Of a stretch of DNA of 64,000 bases, positions 27,518-36,673 are shown piece by piece. Within the stretch, counting starts at the first letter, position 1. Every line of letters starts with the position of its first letter. The stretch lies in assembly GCA_963739455.1 (NCBI GenBank), contig CAVUAK010000001.1, forward strand, positions 231,300-295,299. The letters are read 5' to 3'. Source of the DNA: an uncultured Gemmatimonadales bacterium. Its GTDB lineage: Bacteria > Gemmatimonadota > Gemmatimonadetes > Gemmatimonadales > GWC2-71-9. Under the pieces are notes generated by a model. It saw nothing but the letters and a program-made list of their open reading frames with translations, did not search any database and was not told where the DNA came from. The translations under genes were made by a program, and so were the position numbers.

Positions 27518-30514
27518 TTGAATAGCTTCGATCGCCTCACTGCCGCACTCTCAGACCGCTACCGCATCGAGCGCGAGCTCGGGCACGGGGGCATGGCCAC
27601 CGTCTACCTCGCGCACGACCTCAAGCACGACCGCCGCGTCGCCATCAAGGTGCTCCACCCCGAACTCGCCCACACGCTTGGCCCTGAGCGGTTCCTCCGC
27701 GAGATCACGACGACCGCCCAGTTCGACCATCCGTACATCCTGCCGCTCCTCGACAGCGGCGTTGCTGACTCACGACTGACGACTCACGACTCACGACTGC
27801 TGTTCTACGTCATGCCGTATGTCGAGGGCGAATCCCTCCGCGACCGCCTGAAGCGCGGGAAGCAACTTCCGGTCGATGAGGCGCTCCAGGTCACTCGCGA
27901 AGTCGCGGAGGCGCTCGGCTATGCCCACGCCAGGGGCGTCATTCACCGCGACATCAAGCCGGAGAACATCATGCTCTCGGGCGGCCACGCGCGGGTAGCC
28001 GACTTCGGCATTGCGAGGGCCATCGACGCCGCCGGCAACGAGAAGTTGACAGAAACCGGCCTCGCCATCGGCACACCAGCCTACATGAGTCCGGAACAGT
28101 CCATGGGCGAGCGGCGACCTCGACGGCCGGAGCGATCTCTACGCACTGGGCTGCGTGCTGTACGAGATGCTCGCGGGAGAGCCTCCCTATACCGGGACCC
28201 ACCGCGCAGGCCATCATCGCCAAGCGGATGACGAACCCGGTCCCGTCGGTGCTCACCGTGCGGGAGACGGTGCCGGACTCCGTCGATCGCGCACTGACAC
28301 GTGTGCTCGCCAAGGCCCCTGCTGACCGGTTCCCCACTGCCGCGCGGTTCGTCGATGCGCTGAGCCAGACGGCGACGACTGCGCCGATGGCGGTGAGACG
28401 GCCTGGTGCGCGGAAGAGTGCGAGGATCGTGGGAGCCGGCACCCTTCTGGCGGCAATTCTCTTTGGCGGCTGGCGCTTCGCGCGCGCACACCGGCCACAG
28501 GTCGAGCCATCAGTGTCGGTCATTGCCGTTTTCCCGTTTTCTTCCAGCGGAGACACGGCGCTGGCGCGACTGAGCCGTGACCTCGCCCTCACGATCAGCG
28601 CAAACCTCGACGGGCAGGGCGGCATCCGGACTGTGGACCCCCAACAGGTCTTGGCGAAGGTCGGCGACGGCAGCGGCCAGGGAGCCTCCGACGTGACCGC
28701 GCTCGGGAGGAGCCTCGGTGCCGGAAGCGTGCTCCGGGGCAGCATCGTGAAGGCGGGCTCCGACGCGCAACTCGACCTGAAGCTCGTGTCCACCACCGGT
28801 GACTCCGAGCCGTTGGCGCGGGTATCCCTGCGCAATGCCCCTGACTCCATCAACGCCCTCACGGACTCAATCACCTGGTCCGTGCTCCGGCAGATCTGGC
28901 GCCGGGGCGAGCCGCCCTCTCCGAGCTACGCAAACCTCAGCACCCGATCGGTGCAGTCGCTCCGCGCCTTCCTCGATGGCGAGCGGCTCAGCGTCGCCGG
29001 TCGCTACCCCGAGGCCATCGAGGCTTATTCCGCCGCTATCCAGGCCGACTCGAGTTTCTGGCTGGCCGGCTGGCGATACAATGCGGCGCAGGGATGGATG
29101 AATGATGCCCAGCCCGACTCGAACCTCGAGCGCGGGTATGAATCTCATCTCGCCGCGTTTGGGGAGCGAGATCGAATGCTGATCGAGGCCGAACGAGATG
29201 CCGAAGCTCAGGGTGCCAGGCACCTTGCCAGTATCGCGGCCATCAAGGATCGGTTCCCCACGGACTGGCTCGCCTGGTTCTACTACGCGGACCACCTCTT
29301 TCATGTCGGTGGTGTGCTCGGGCACACGAACGCCGAGACGAGGGACGCGCTGCAGCGCACCGTGGACCTGAATCCCCGAGCTGGTGCCGATGTGGAAGCA
29401 TCTCTTCCAGGCCAGTGTGAGCCACGATTCAGCCCAGAGCGGCCGTGCTCTGAGGGCTATGACCGCACTGGGTCTCTGGTCGGCAGGGTCCGAGGAATCG
29501 AAGCGGGTCGGCTTCGATACAGGGCTGTTCTGGCGCGTGCTCCAGTCGTACGCTGGCGAACCGTCGCTGCCGCTACTCGATAGCCTCGCGGCCAGTGTGG
29601 TCAGCGTGAAATGGCCGGCGCCTCCCACGTTCCTGACGTCAAACGGGTTCCCGGCCGCGCAAGTGCAATTCAACCAGCGCTGGATGCAGCTGGTCCCGAC
29701 TGGCACGCCGATCTGGCGGGCCTGGCGGGGTTCCGCCTATGCGTCGGTGGCCCGCGGCGCGTGGGACTCTGCCCTCGTCATGATGGATCGCTACGCGGCG
29801 GGAAGCCCCGACGACGCGGCAGCCCTCGACATCTATCGACTCGCTGTGATCGGTGCCTGGCTCGGCGGACTCGATACGCTCCGGGCGGCCGAGCGTCGCC
29901 CGGCGGCTGCGAAGTACGTCGCTCGGCTCTCTCCCGACTCCGCCTCCGGCAAGGAGGCGCGCGCGACCTTGGCCTGGAGCGACGGTATGCTCGCAGTGCT
30001 TCGGCGCGACAGGAAATTGCTTTCGACCGCGCGCGAGGCCAACCGGCAGAGTGGCGCCAGCGGGGCCGCGAACACAGGCCGGTTGCTGAGTGCCTTCGAG
30101 GCGCAACTTCGCGAAGAGACGCGAACGGCCGCCGATTCGTTTGCAATGCTGGACATCCCCGACACCACCAGCGCTCTTGCCGAGGTGGATTCGTATACGA
30201 GATCCGTGGCGCACATGAACGCGGCACAGCTGATGCTCGCGCTCGGTGACACAAGCCGGGCCGTTCGCTTGCTGTACTGGCATGAAGCGCACGGCGTCGA
30301 CAAGGATGCCTTTCCCCTCTTTGAGGCACTCGCGTACGACCAGCTGGCCCGCATCGAGGAGGCGCAGGGTAAGGACGACCTCGCCCGCGACCACTACCAG
30401 CAATTCCTCCGACGCTACGATATGCCACCCCCTGCCCATCAGTACATGGTCGACAACGCGAAGGCGGCGCTGCGGCGCCTGTCCGGCCAGAATGACGCTC
30501 CCGCCACAAGGTGA
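27518..30514 (+). pseudogene. Ser/Thr protein kinase K1 (kinase, TM helix, TolB-N-like segment, TPR-like region), interrupted by three +1 frameshifts
   Basis: ORF pieces 27518..28231, 28228..29583 and 29384..30514, plus a short middle frame, join into a ~995-aa protein. Motifs: [41 protein letters not shown]. Extra g at ~28113, extra a at 28197, extra c in the c-run 29374-29377. TTG start. Could be sequencing error rather than true decay. Confidence 0.7.
27767..27799. repeat. GACTCAC-family heptamer tract (about 4.7 units) inside K1
   Basis: gactcac gactgac gactcac gactcac gactgc encodes DSRLTTHDSRL between LLDSG and LFYVMPYVEGESL. Confidence 0.9.
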
Positions 30515-30804
30515 GCGCAGGCAGTACATTCTGTGGCCCCCATGGCCGACAACTCGACCCCACCCGCCGCACTCGCCGCCAGCCTCGCCGACCGCTACCG
30601 GGTCGAGCGCGAGCTGGGCGCCGGCGGCATGGCCACCGTCTACCTCGCTGAAGACCTGAAGCACGGCCGCAAGGTCGCCATCAAGGTCCTCCACCCCGAA
30701 CTCAGTGCCGTCATCGGCGGCGAACGCTTCCTCGCCGAGATCAAGGTCACCGCCGACCTGCAGCACCCCCACATCCTCGGCCTTATCGACTCCGGGGCCG
30801 TTCC

Positions 30805-30862
30805 GTCTGAACTCTGAACTCTCGACCCCTGACCCGTCTGACGACTCACGACTGCCGACTGC
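30805..30862. repeat. degenerate heptamer tract (about 8 units) inside K2, containing a perfect tctgaac duplication
   Basis: g tctgaac tctgaac tctcgac ccctgac ccgtctga cgactca cgactgc cgactgc read directly. Confidence 0.85.
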
Positions 30863-31479
30863 CGGCTTGCTGTATTACGTCATGCCCTTCGTGTCGGGCG
30901 AGTCCCTCCGCGACCGCCTGACCCGCGAGAAACAGCTCCCCGTCGACGATGCGACCCGCCTCGCGAAGGAGGTCGCCTCTGCCCTCGACTATGCCCATCG
31001 CCAGGGCGTCGTCCACCGCGACATCAAGCCCGAGAACATCCTGCTGCAGGAAGGCTCGGCCCTCGTCGCCGACTTCGGCATCGCCCTCGCCGTCCAGCAC
31101 GCCAGCGGCAGTCGCATGACCCAGACCGGCATGTCGCTCGGCACGCCCGTCCTATATGTCGCCCGAGCAGGCAATGGGCGAACGCGTCATCGGGCCGCGC
31201 AGCGATGTGTACGCCCTCGGCGCCATGACCTATGAGATGCTCGTCGGCGATCCGCCCTTCACCGGCAGCACGGTACAGTCGATCGTCGCCAAGGTGATGA
31301 CCGAGAAGCCGCTGCCGCCCTCGCGCATCCGCGACACGATCCCGCCAAACGTCGAGCACGCGGTGATGACGGCGCTGCAGAAGCTCCCCGCCGATCGCTT
31401 CTCCACCGCGAAGGACTTCGCTGACGCGCTCGAGGGCGGACGCTCCGGCACCTACGCCGCGACGGTGGTGACCGGCAAG

Positions 31480-31515
31480 CCTACCCGCCCTCCCCGCCCT
31501 CCCCGCCCTCCCCGC
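31480..31515. repeat. GCCCTCCCC-family nonamer tract (about 4 units) inside K2
   Basis: cctacccg ccctccccg ccctccccg ccctccccg encodes PTRPPRPPRPPR. Confidence 0.85.
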
Positions 31516-33265
31516 GCTTGCGGCGCGCCCTGGCGCTTGCAGGCACTCGGCGCCGCGGCGACGTTCCTCGGCATGCGCACGCGGCAGGCCGCGAGCACCG
31601 AGCGCCGCAAACTCTCCGCTTCACTCTCGGCCTCCCCCCGGACATCCGGATCGCGACCCCGATCACCAACCCGATCGCGATCTCACCCGACGGTGATCTG
31701 GTCGCATTCTCCGGACGGGCCGGCAACGGGCCGCTCCAGATCTTCATCCGACGCATGGACGAACTGGGCGTGGAGGCGATCCCGGGCACCGAGGGCGGCG
31801 AGCAGCCGTTCTTCTCGCCCGACGGCAAGTGGGTCGCGTACTCCGTCAAGCTCCAGCTAAGGAAGGTGGCGGTGACCGGCGGACCCTCGACCGTGCTGGC
31901 CGAGCTGCCCGGTGGCCGCCCGTCGGGTGGCGCATTCGTTCCGGATGGTCGCATTGTCGTCTCACGCGGAAACTCGCTCGCCATCATTCCGGCCGGCGGC
32001 GGCGCGGCGAGACTCCTCTCCGCGACCGACACCGCGACCGACCGCCTGCTGATGAATCCCAAGGTGCTCCCCGACGGCAAGACGGTGATCGTCACCCGCT
32101 GGCGTGGTTCGACGGTGTCGGCGGGCCTCTGGGTGGCCACGATCGGCGAGGGCAAGGCGACCGACCTGGAACTCCCCGGTACCTATGTGCTGGGCATGAT
32201 CGACAGGCACCTCATCTATGACACACAGGCCGGCGTGTTGATGGCGGTTCCCTTCGACATGGCGAAGCGAAAGGTCACCGGACCGCCCGTGTCGTTGCTC
32301 GATGGCATTGCGGTTGGCGCCAATGGCGCGGCCCAGGCCGCGATCTCGGAGAGCGGGACACTGGTCTACCAGACCGGTGCATTGCTCCGGCATGCCCTGA
32401 TCGTCGACCTCCATGGCGCGGTCGTGTCAAAGCTGCTCGACCCGGGCAAGTACGCCGTCCCCCGCTTCTCTCCCGACGGCAGTCGTATCGCCATAGGGCT
32501 GAACAACCAGGGAACCGCGGACATCTGGATGTATGACCTGCGCTCACAGACGCTCAGCCGTATCACGACGGAAGGCGACGTCAACGACCGCCCCGAGTGG
32601 AGCCCCGATGGCAAGCGCATCGTCTTCCGGTCCAATCGGGGCGGACCACTCGCGCTCTGGTCCCAGCCGGCCGACGGCACCGGGAAGGCCGAGTTGGTAT
32701 TTCAGGATCCCAAGGCGGAGATCTGGGAAGGCGTGCCGACGCCTGACGGTGCAAGCATGATCTACCGCACCGGCACCATTGGCACGGCCGACATCTGGCT
32801 GCGGCGGTTGACCGGCGACACCACTCGGCATCCGCTCGCCACGACGCCCTTCACCGAATGGTCCGGCCGGCCGTCACCCGACGGCAAGTGGCTCGCCTAC
32901 GAATCCATCGAGACAGGCGACTTCCAGGTCTACGTTCGTCCCATCGCCGAGGGCGGCGCCCGGCAGCAGGTATCGGTCGACGGCGGTGTCGAGCCAGTGT
33001 GGTCGCCTGACGGTACGACGCTCTACTACCGACACGATGACGAATTCCTGGCCGCTACCCTGACCACCACACCCAGCCTTGCCATCGTCCGGCGCGAGAG
33101 TCTCTTCAAGGGCGACTATCCGGTTACGACGGGCCACGCCAACTACGACATCGCGCCTGACGGAAAACGCCTCCTGCTGTTGCGATCGGTGCCCGACTCG
33201 GTCCACGCGATTGTGGTGCACAACTGGAGCACTGAAGTCCGCGCGAAGCTGGCGGCCGCCGGCAA

Positions 33266-35950
33266 ATGACAATGGACCGCCTCACTGCCTCCCTCGCCGA
33301 CCGCTACCGCATCGAACGCGAACTCGGCCAGGGCGGCATGGCCACCGTCTACCTCGCGCACGACCTCAAGCACGATCGCCCAGTCGCGATCAAGGTCCTC
33401 CGCCCCGAACTCGCTGCCGTCATCGGCGCCGAGCGTTTCCTGAGCGAAATCAAGACCACGGCGAACCTCCAGCACCCTCACATCCTGCCCCTGTTCGACA
33501 GCGGCATCGCCACCCTCGACCCACGACTCACGACTCCACGACCTCTCAACTGCTGCTTCTACGTCATGCCCTTCGTCGAGGGCGAGTCCCTCCGCGATCG
33601 ACTCATACGCGACAAGCAGCTCTCTATCACCGACGCCGTACGCATCGCCACGGAAGTCGCTGGCGCCCTCGACTACGCCCATCGTCGCGGCATCGTCCAT
33701 CGCGACATCAAGCCCGAGAACATTCTGCTGCATGACGGCCGGGCCCTGGTTGCCGATTTCGGCATCGCCCTCGCCGCGAGCAAGGCGGGCGACAGTCGCA
33801 TGACCCAGACCGGCATGTCCCTCGGCACACCCGCCTACATGTCGCCCGAACAGGCCATGGGCGAGCGCGATATCGGCCCCCGCAGCGACATCTATGCGCT
33901 CGGCGCCATGACCTACGAGATGCTCGTCGGTGATCCGCCCTTCACCGGCAGCACCGTGCAGTCGATCGTCGCCAAGGTGATGACCGAGAAGCCGGTGCCG
34001 CCCACGCGCATCCGCGACACTGTGCCGCCCAATGTCGAGCACGCGGTGCTCACCGCACTGCAGAAGCTCCCCGCCGATCGCTTCGCCTCCGCGAAGGAGT
34101 TTGCCGACGCCTTGGCGGACAGTGGACGGTCAGGCAACTACGCGGCGACGGTCGCTACGGGGACAACCCGCCTTCCCCGCCCTCCCCGCCCTCCCCGCCT
34201 CGGACTGATCGCTGCGGTTGCACTCATCTCCACCGCCGCGGGCCTGGCGGGCTGGCTCATGCGCGGAAGCTCGCGCGCGGGTCCTGCCACCTACGACGCC
34301 GCCCTCCCCGACAGCGCCGCCATCACGTTCGGCGCGACGACGTCCACCAGCAGCTTCGGTGCTGCCCGTCGCAACCTGTCGATCTCGCCCAGGGGCGACT
34401 TCGCCGTGTACGCCTCGCGGAGTGGTGACTCGACCCAGTTCTGGTACAGGAGCCTGAAGGATGCGGCGTCGCATCCCATCAGCGGCACCGAGGGAGGTAC
34501 CGGTCCAAGGATTTCTCCCGACGGATCCCGCATCGCGTACACCGCCGGCAATCGAGTCATGCTGATCCCCATTGCGGGAGGCACGCCCCGGATGCTGCTG
34601 GACGCCCAGGTGCCCGACAGCCCGGAATGGATTTCCAATACCGAGCTTTTCCTGCCGCAGCGCACCGGAACCCGCTTCACCCTGCTCGACCCCGAGGGTG
34701 GCGTGACGCATACCGTGGATCAGGCACACCCCTGCCTCGTCGGGCACTGGATTCCTGAGTATCGCGAGGTGATCTGCTCTTACAACGGAACGGCATCGAT
34801 TGTCGACCCGATCTCCCGCGAGGAGTGGAGCCTGCGCGTCGCCCGGCCCGATGGTTCGCCTGGGGCCAGCGTGGCCGGGTTCGGGTTCCGCGTCGTTGAC
34901 GGAGCGTACGTCGTCTACATGTCGGTGGACGGCGTGCTCCGCGCTGCACCCTACGACCACAAGCGACACCTCGTCGGCCGGTCGGTCACGCTCGATGGCG
35001 GAGTTCGCGGTGAGGCGCTGGGCGATGCCCAGATCGACATGGCGCCCAGCGGTACGCTCGTATTCGCCCCGGGAGTGAACGCGGCGGTTGGACACGTGGT
35101 CCGGCTTCGACCAGGACAGGCCCCGGAGCCATTGGTCGCTGAGGCGGCCGCCTTCCAGCGTATCGATATCAGCCGCGACGGCCGCTGGCTCGCCGCCGCG
35201 GTACAGATGGCGGAGGGCCAGGAGCTGCGCATCTACGATCTGCGCGATGGACAGCGCAGCACCATGCTCAGCGCCGAACTGGTTCGCCAGCCGCTGTGGA
35301 GTCCCACCGGAGCCCAGCTCCTCGTGTCCCGGCGCGACTCCAGCCTGAGCTCGATACTGATGACCGTGCCCGGGTCCGGCCACAAGCCCGTCACCCTGCT
35401 GACCGTCGAGGGCGCACCACTGGCGGTCGATCCGATCGACTATCCCGAGGAGCACACCGTCCTCCTGCAGGACTGGGGCGCCAACGTCACCCGCCGCTTC
35501 GACCCAGCGATATCCCCGGCGCAATTCGACACCGTCCTCACGGCGGCGAGGTTTCCTTCCGTGGCACCGGATGGAAAGCACATCATCTATCAGGACGGTG
35601 GAGCATCGGGCGTTCTCGTCACCAGCTATCCCGTGGCCGGCCGGCGCTGGCAGGTCGCCGCTGACGGGGTCGAGCCGCTATGGCTTTCCTCCACCGAGAT
35701 TCTCTGTCGCATCGGCGTCTCCTGGTACCTGACGCGCATCAACCCCGCGACTGGCGAACCGCTCGGGCCCGCGACGCTCTGGGGTCGTGACCCTCGCTTC
35801 AACGACACTGCAGGATGGTCCAACCGCCCCGACTGGCACGGCGGCATCATCTATGTCCAGGGCCCGGCCGAAGTGAGCGCCAGCTTCCTGCGCGTCGTGC
35901 CCAACTGGGTGGCACAGATGAAGAACGCTGTCGCCGCAGCCAATCGCTAA
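33266..35950 (+). CDS. Ser/Thr protein kinase K3 (kinase, PRP linker, TM helix, beta-propeller), intact
   Basis: 894-aa uninterrupted ORF. ATGA overlap with the K2 stop. All Hanks motifs present. TM helix LGLIAAVALISTAAGLAGWLM. C-terminal PD40/TolB-like repeats. Confidence 0.85.
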   Translation: MTMDRLTASLADRYRIERELGQGGMATVYLAHDLKHDRPVAIKVLRPELAAVIGAERFLSEIKTTANLQHPHILPLFDSGIATLDPRLTTPRPLNCCFYVMPFVEGESLRDRLIRDKQLSITDAVRIATEVAGALDYAHRRGIVHRDIKPENILLHDGRALVADFGIALAASKAGDSRMTQTGMSLGTPAYMSPEQAMGERDIGPRSDIYALGAMTYEMLVGDPPFTGSTVQSIVAKVMTEKPVPPTRIRDTVPPNVEHAVLTALQKLPADRFASAKEFADALADSGRSGNYAATVATGTTRLPRPPRPPRLGLIAAVALISTAAGLAGWLMRGSSRAGPATYDAALPDSAAITFGATTSTSSFGAARRNLSISPRGDFAVYASRSGDSTQFWYRSLKDAASHPISGTEGGTGPRISPDGSRIAYTAGNRVMLIPIAGGTPRMLLDAQVPDSPEWISNTELFLPQRTGTRFTLLDPEGGVTHTVDQAHPCLVGHWIPEYREVICSYNGTASIVDPISREEWSLRVARPDGSPGASVAGFGFRVVDGAYVVYMSVDGVLRAAPYDHKRHLVGRSVTLDGGVRGEALGDAQIDMAPSGTLVFAPGVNAAVGHVVRLRPGQAPEPLVAEAAAFQRIDISRDGRWLAAAVQMAEGQELRIYDLRDGQRSTMLSAELVRQPLWSPTGAQLLVSRRDSSLSSILMTVPGSGHKPVTLLTVEGAPLAVDPIDYPEEHTVLLQDWGANVTRRFDPAISPAQFDTVLTAARFPSVAPDGKHIIYQDGGASGVLVTSYPVAGRRWQVAADGVEPLWLSSTEILCRIGVSWYLTRINPATGEPLGPATLWGRDPRFNDTAGWSNRPDWHGGIIYVQGPAEVSASFLRVVPNWVAQMKNAVAAANR
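33515..33550. repeat. degenerate GACTCAC-family tract inside K3
   Basis: ctcgacc cacgact cacgact ccacgac ctctcaa encodes LDPRLTTPRPLN at the same kinase loop position. Confidence 0.7.
34167..34200. repeat. GCCCTCCCC-family nonamer tract inside K3
   Basis: cccgccttccccgccctccccgccctccccgcct encodes RLPRPPRPPRL. Confidence 0.85.
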
Positions 35951-35989
35951 GTCTTTGCCCATCAATACCTTGCTAAACTCACCATGAGC

Positions 35990-36005
35990 ATATAGATTTC
36001 TATAT
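35990..36005. promoter_or_regulatory. perfect inverted repeat ATATAGA-tt-TCTATAT in the AT-rich spacer upstream of vapB (candidate operator)
   Basis: Read directly. It lies 19 nt upstream of the vapB ATG, in the only AT-rich stretch of this region (35951-36023). Confidence 0.5.
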
Positions 36006-36023
36006 CACTTTCTGGACAGCTAG

Positions 36024-36275
36024 ATGGCCATCAGCATCAAGGACGCCGAAACCGACCGCCTCGCCCGCGCACTCGCCGCCGTTACCGGCGAGTCCCTCAC
36101 CGAGGCAATCAGGCGCGCCCTCCACGAACGCCTCGAACGTGAGTCCCATCGCGCACGCCGCGGCATCGATGCAGAGGTCCGCCGAATCCAGGAGCGCGTC
36201 GCTCGCCTGCCAATAGTGGACTCCCGGCCCGCAAGCGAAATTCTGGGCTACGACGAGCACGGCCTGCCGCACTGA
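36024..36275 (+). CDS. vapB: type II antitoxin, VapB family
   Basis: 83 aa, [38 protein letters not shown]... It ends 3 nt before a PIN-domain gene. Confidence 0.8.
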   Translation: MAISIKDAETDRLARALAAVTGESLTEAIRRALHERLERESHRARRGIDAEVRRIQERVARLPIVDSRPASEILGYDEHGLPH

Positions 36276-36278
36276 ACC

Positions 36279-36671
36279 ATGGTCATTGATACCTCTGCCC
36301 TTGTGGCCATCCTGACACACGAGACGTCAGCCGATCGGCTCGTCGTGGCGCTTGAGGCCGATCGCACGCGCCTCGTGTCCGCGGCAACAGTGGTCGAGGC
36401 ATCGCTCGTCCTGCTCGGGCGCTACGGAGAGGCCGGCGAGGCTCAACTCGATCGATTACTGCGTGGCATCGGGGCGGAAGTCGTTCCGGTCGGGGAGGAA
36501 CAGGTCGTACTGGCACGCGATGCCGCGCTGCGCTTCGGGCGCAGCCGTCATCCGGCTGCGCTCAACTTCGGCGATTGCTTCAGCTACGCCCTCGCCGTCG
36601 CACGGGACGAACCGCTCCTGTTCGTGGGTGACGATTTCTCGAAGACTGATGTCGAGGTCTGCTCCTGGTAG
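36279..36671 (+). CDS. vapC: type II toxin, PIN-domain ribonuclease VapC
   Basis: 130 aa. MVIDTSALVAIL (first acidic residue), ..VSAATVVEASLVL.., ..LNFGDCFSYALA.. are characteristic PIN motifs. Confidence 0.85.
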   Translation: MVIDTSALVAILTHETSADRLVVALEADRTRLVSAATVVEASLVLLGRYGEAGEAQLDRLLRGIGAEVVPVGEEQVVLARDAALRFGRSRHPAALNFGDCFSYALAVARDEPLLFVGDDFSKTDVEVCSW

Positions 36672-36673
36672 GC

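Larger units (their letters stand above)
30542..33269 (+). pseudogene. Ser/Thr protein kinase K2 (kinase, PRP linker, TM helix, TolB-like PD40 beta-propeller), multiply disrupted
   Basis: Pieces 30533..30817, 30705..31235, 31156..31860 and 31518..33269 follow one another as kinase N-lobe, C-lobe, linker and propeller (repeated SPDGK motifs). Breaks: 7-bp duplication at 30806-30819, extra t at 31150, and a further net +2 frame change between ~31520 and 31640. Confidence 0.7.

Noticed and set aside
27767-27799. ACGACTCAC strings as T7-promoter/vector contamination (TAATACGACTCACTATAG contains ACGACTCAC).
   Set aside because: The flanking TAAT and TATAG parts are never present. The strings are tandemly iterated and sit in frame at the same position of six divergent paralogs, so they are native.
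35951-36671. vapBC region as part of a mobile element or genomic island.
   Set aside because: There are no flanking inverted or direct repeats, transposase or integrase. Only the composition dip of the 73-bp spacer supports it, so it is reported as a plain TA module.
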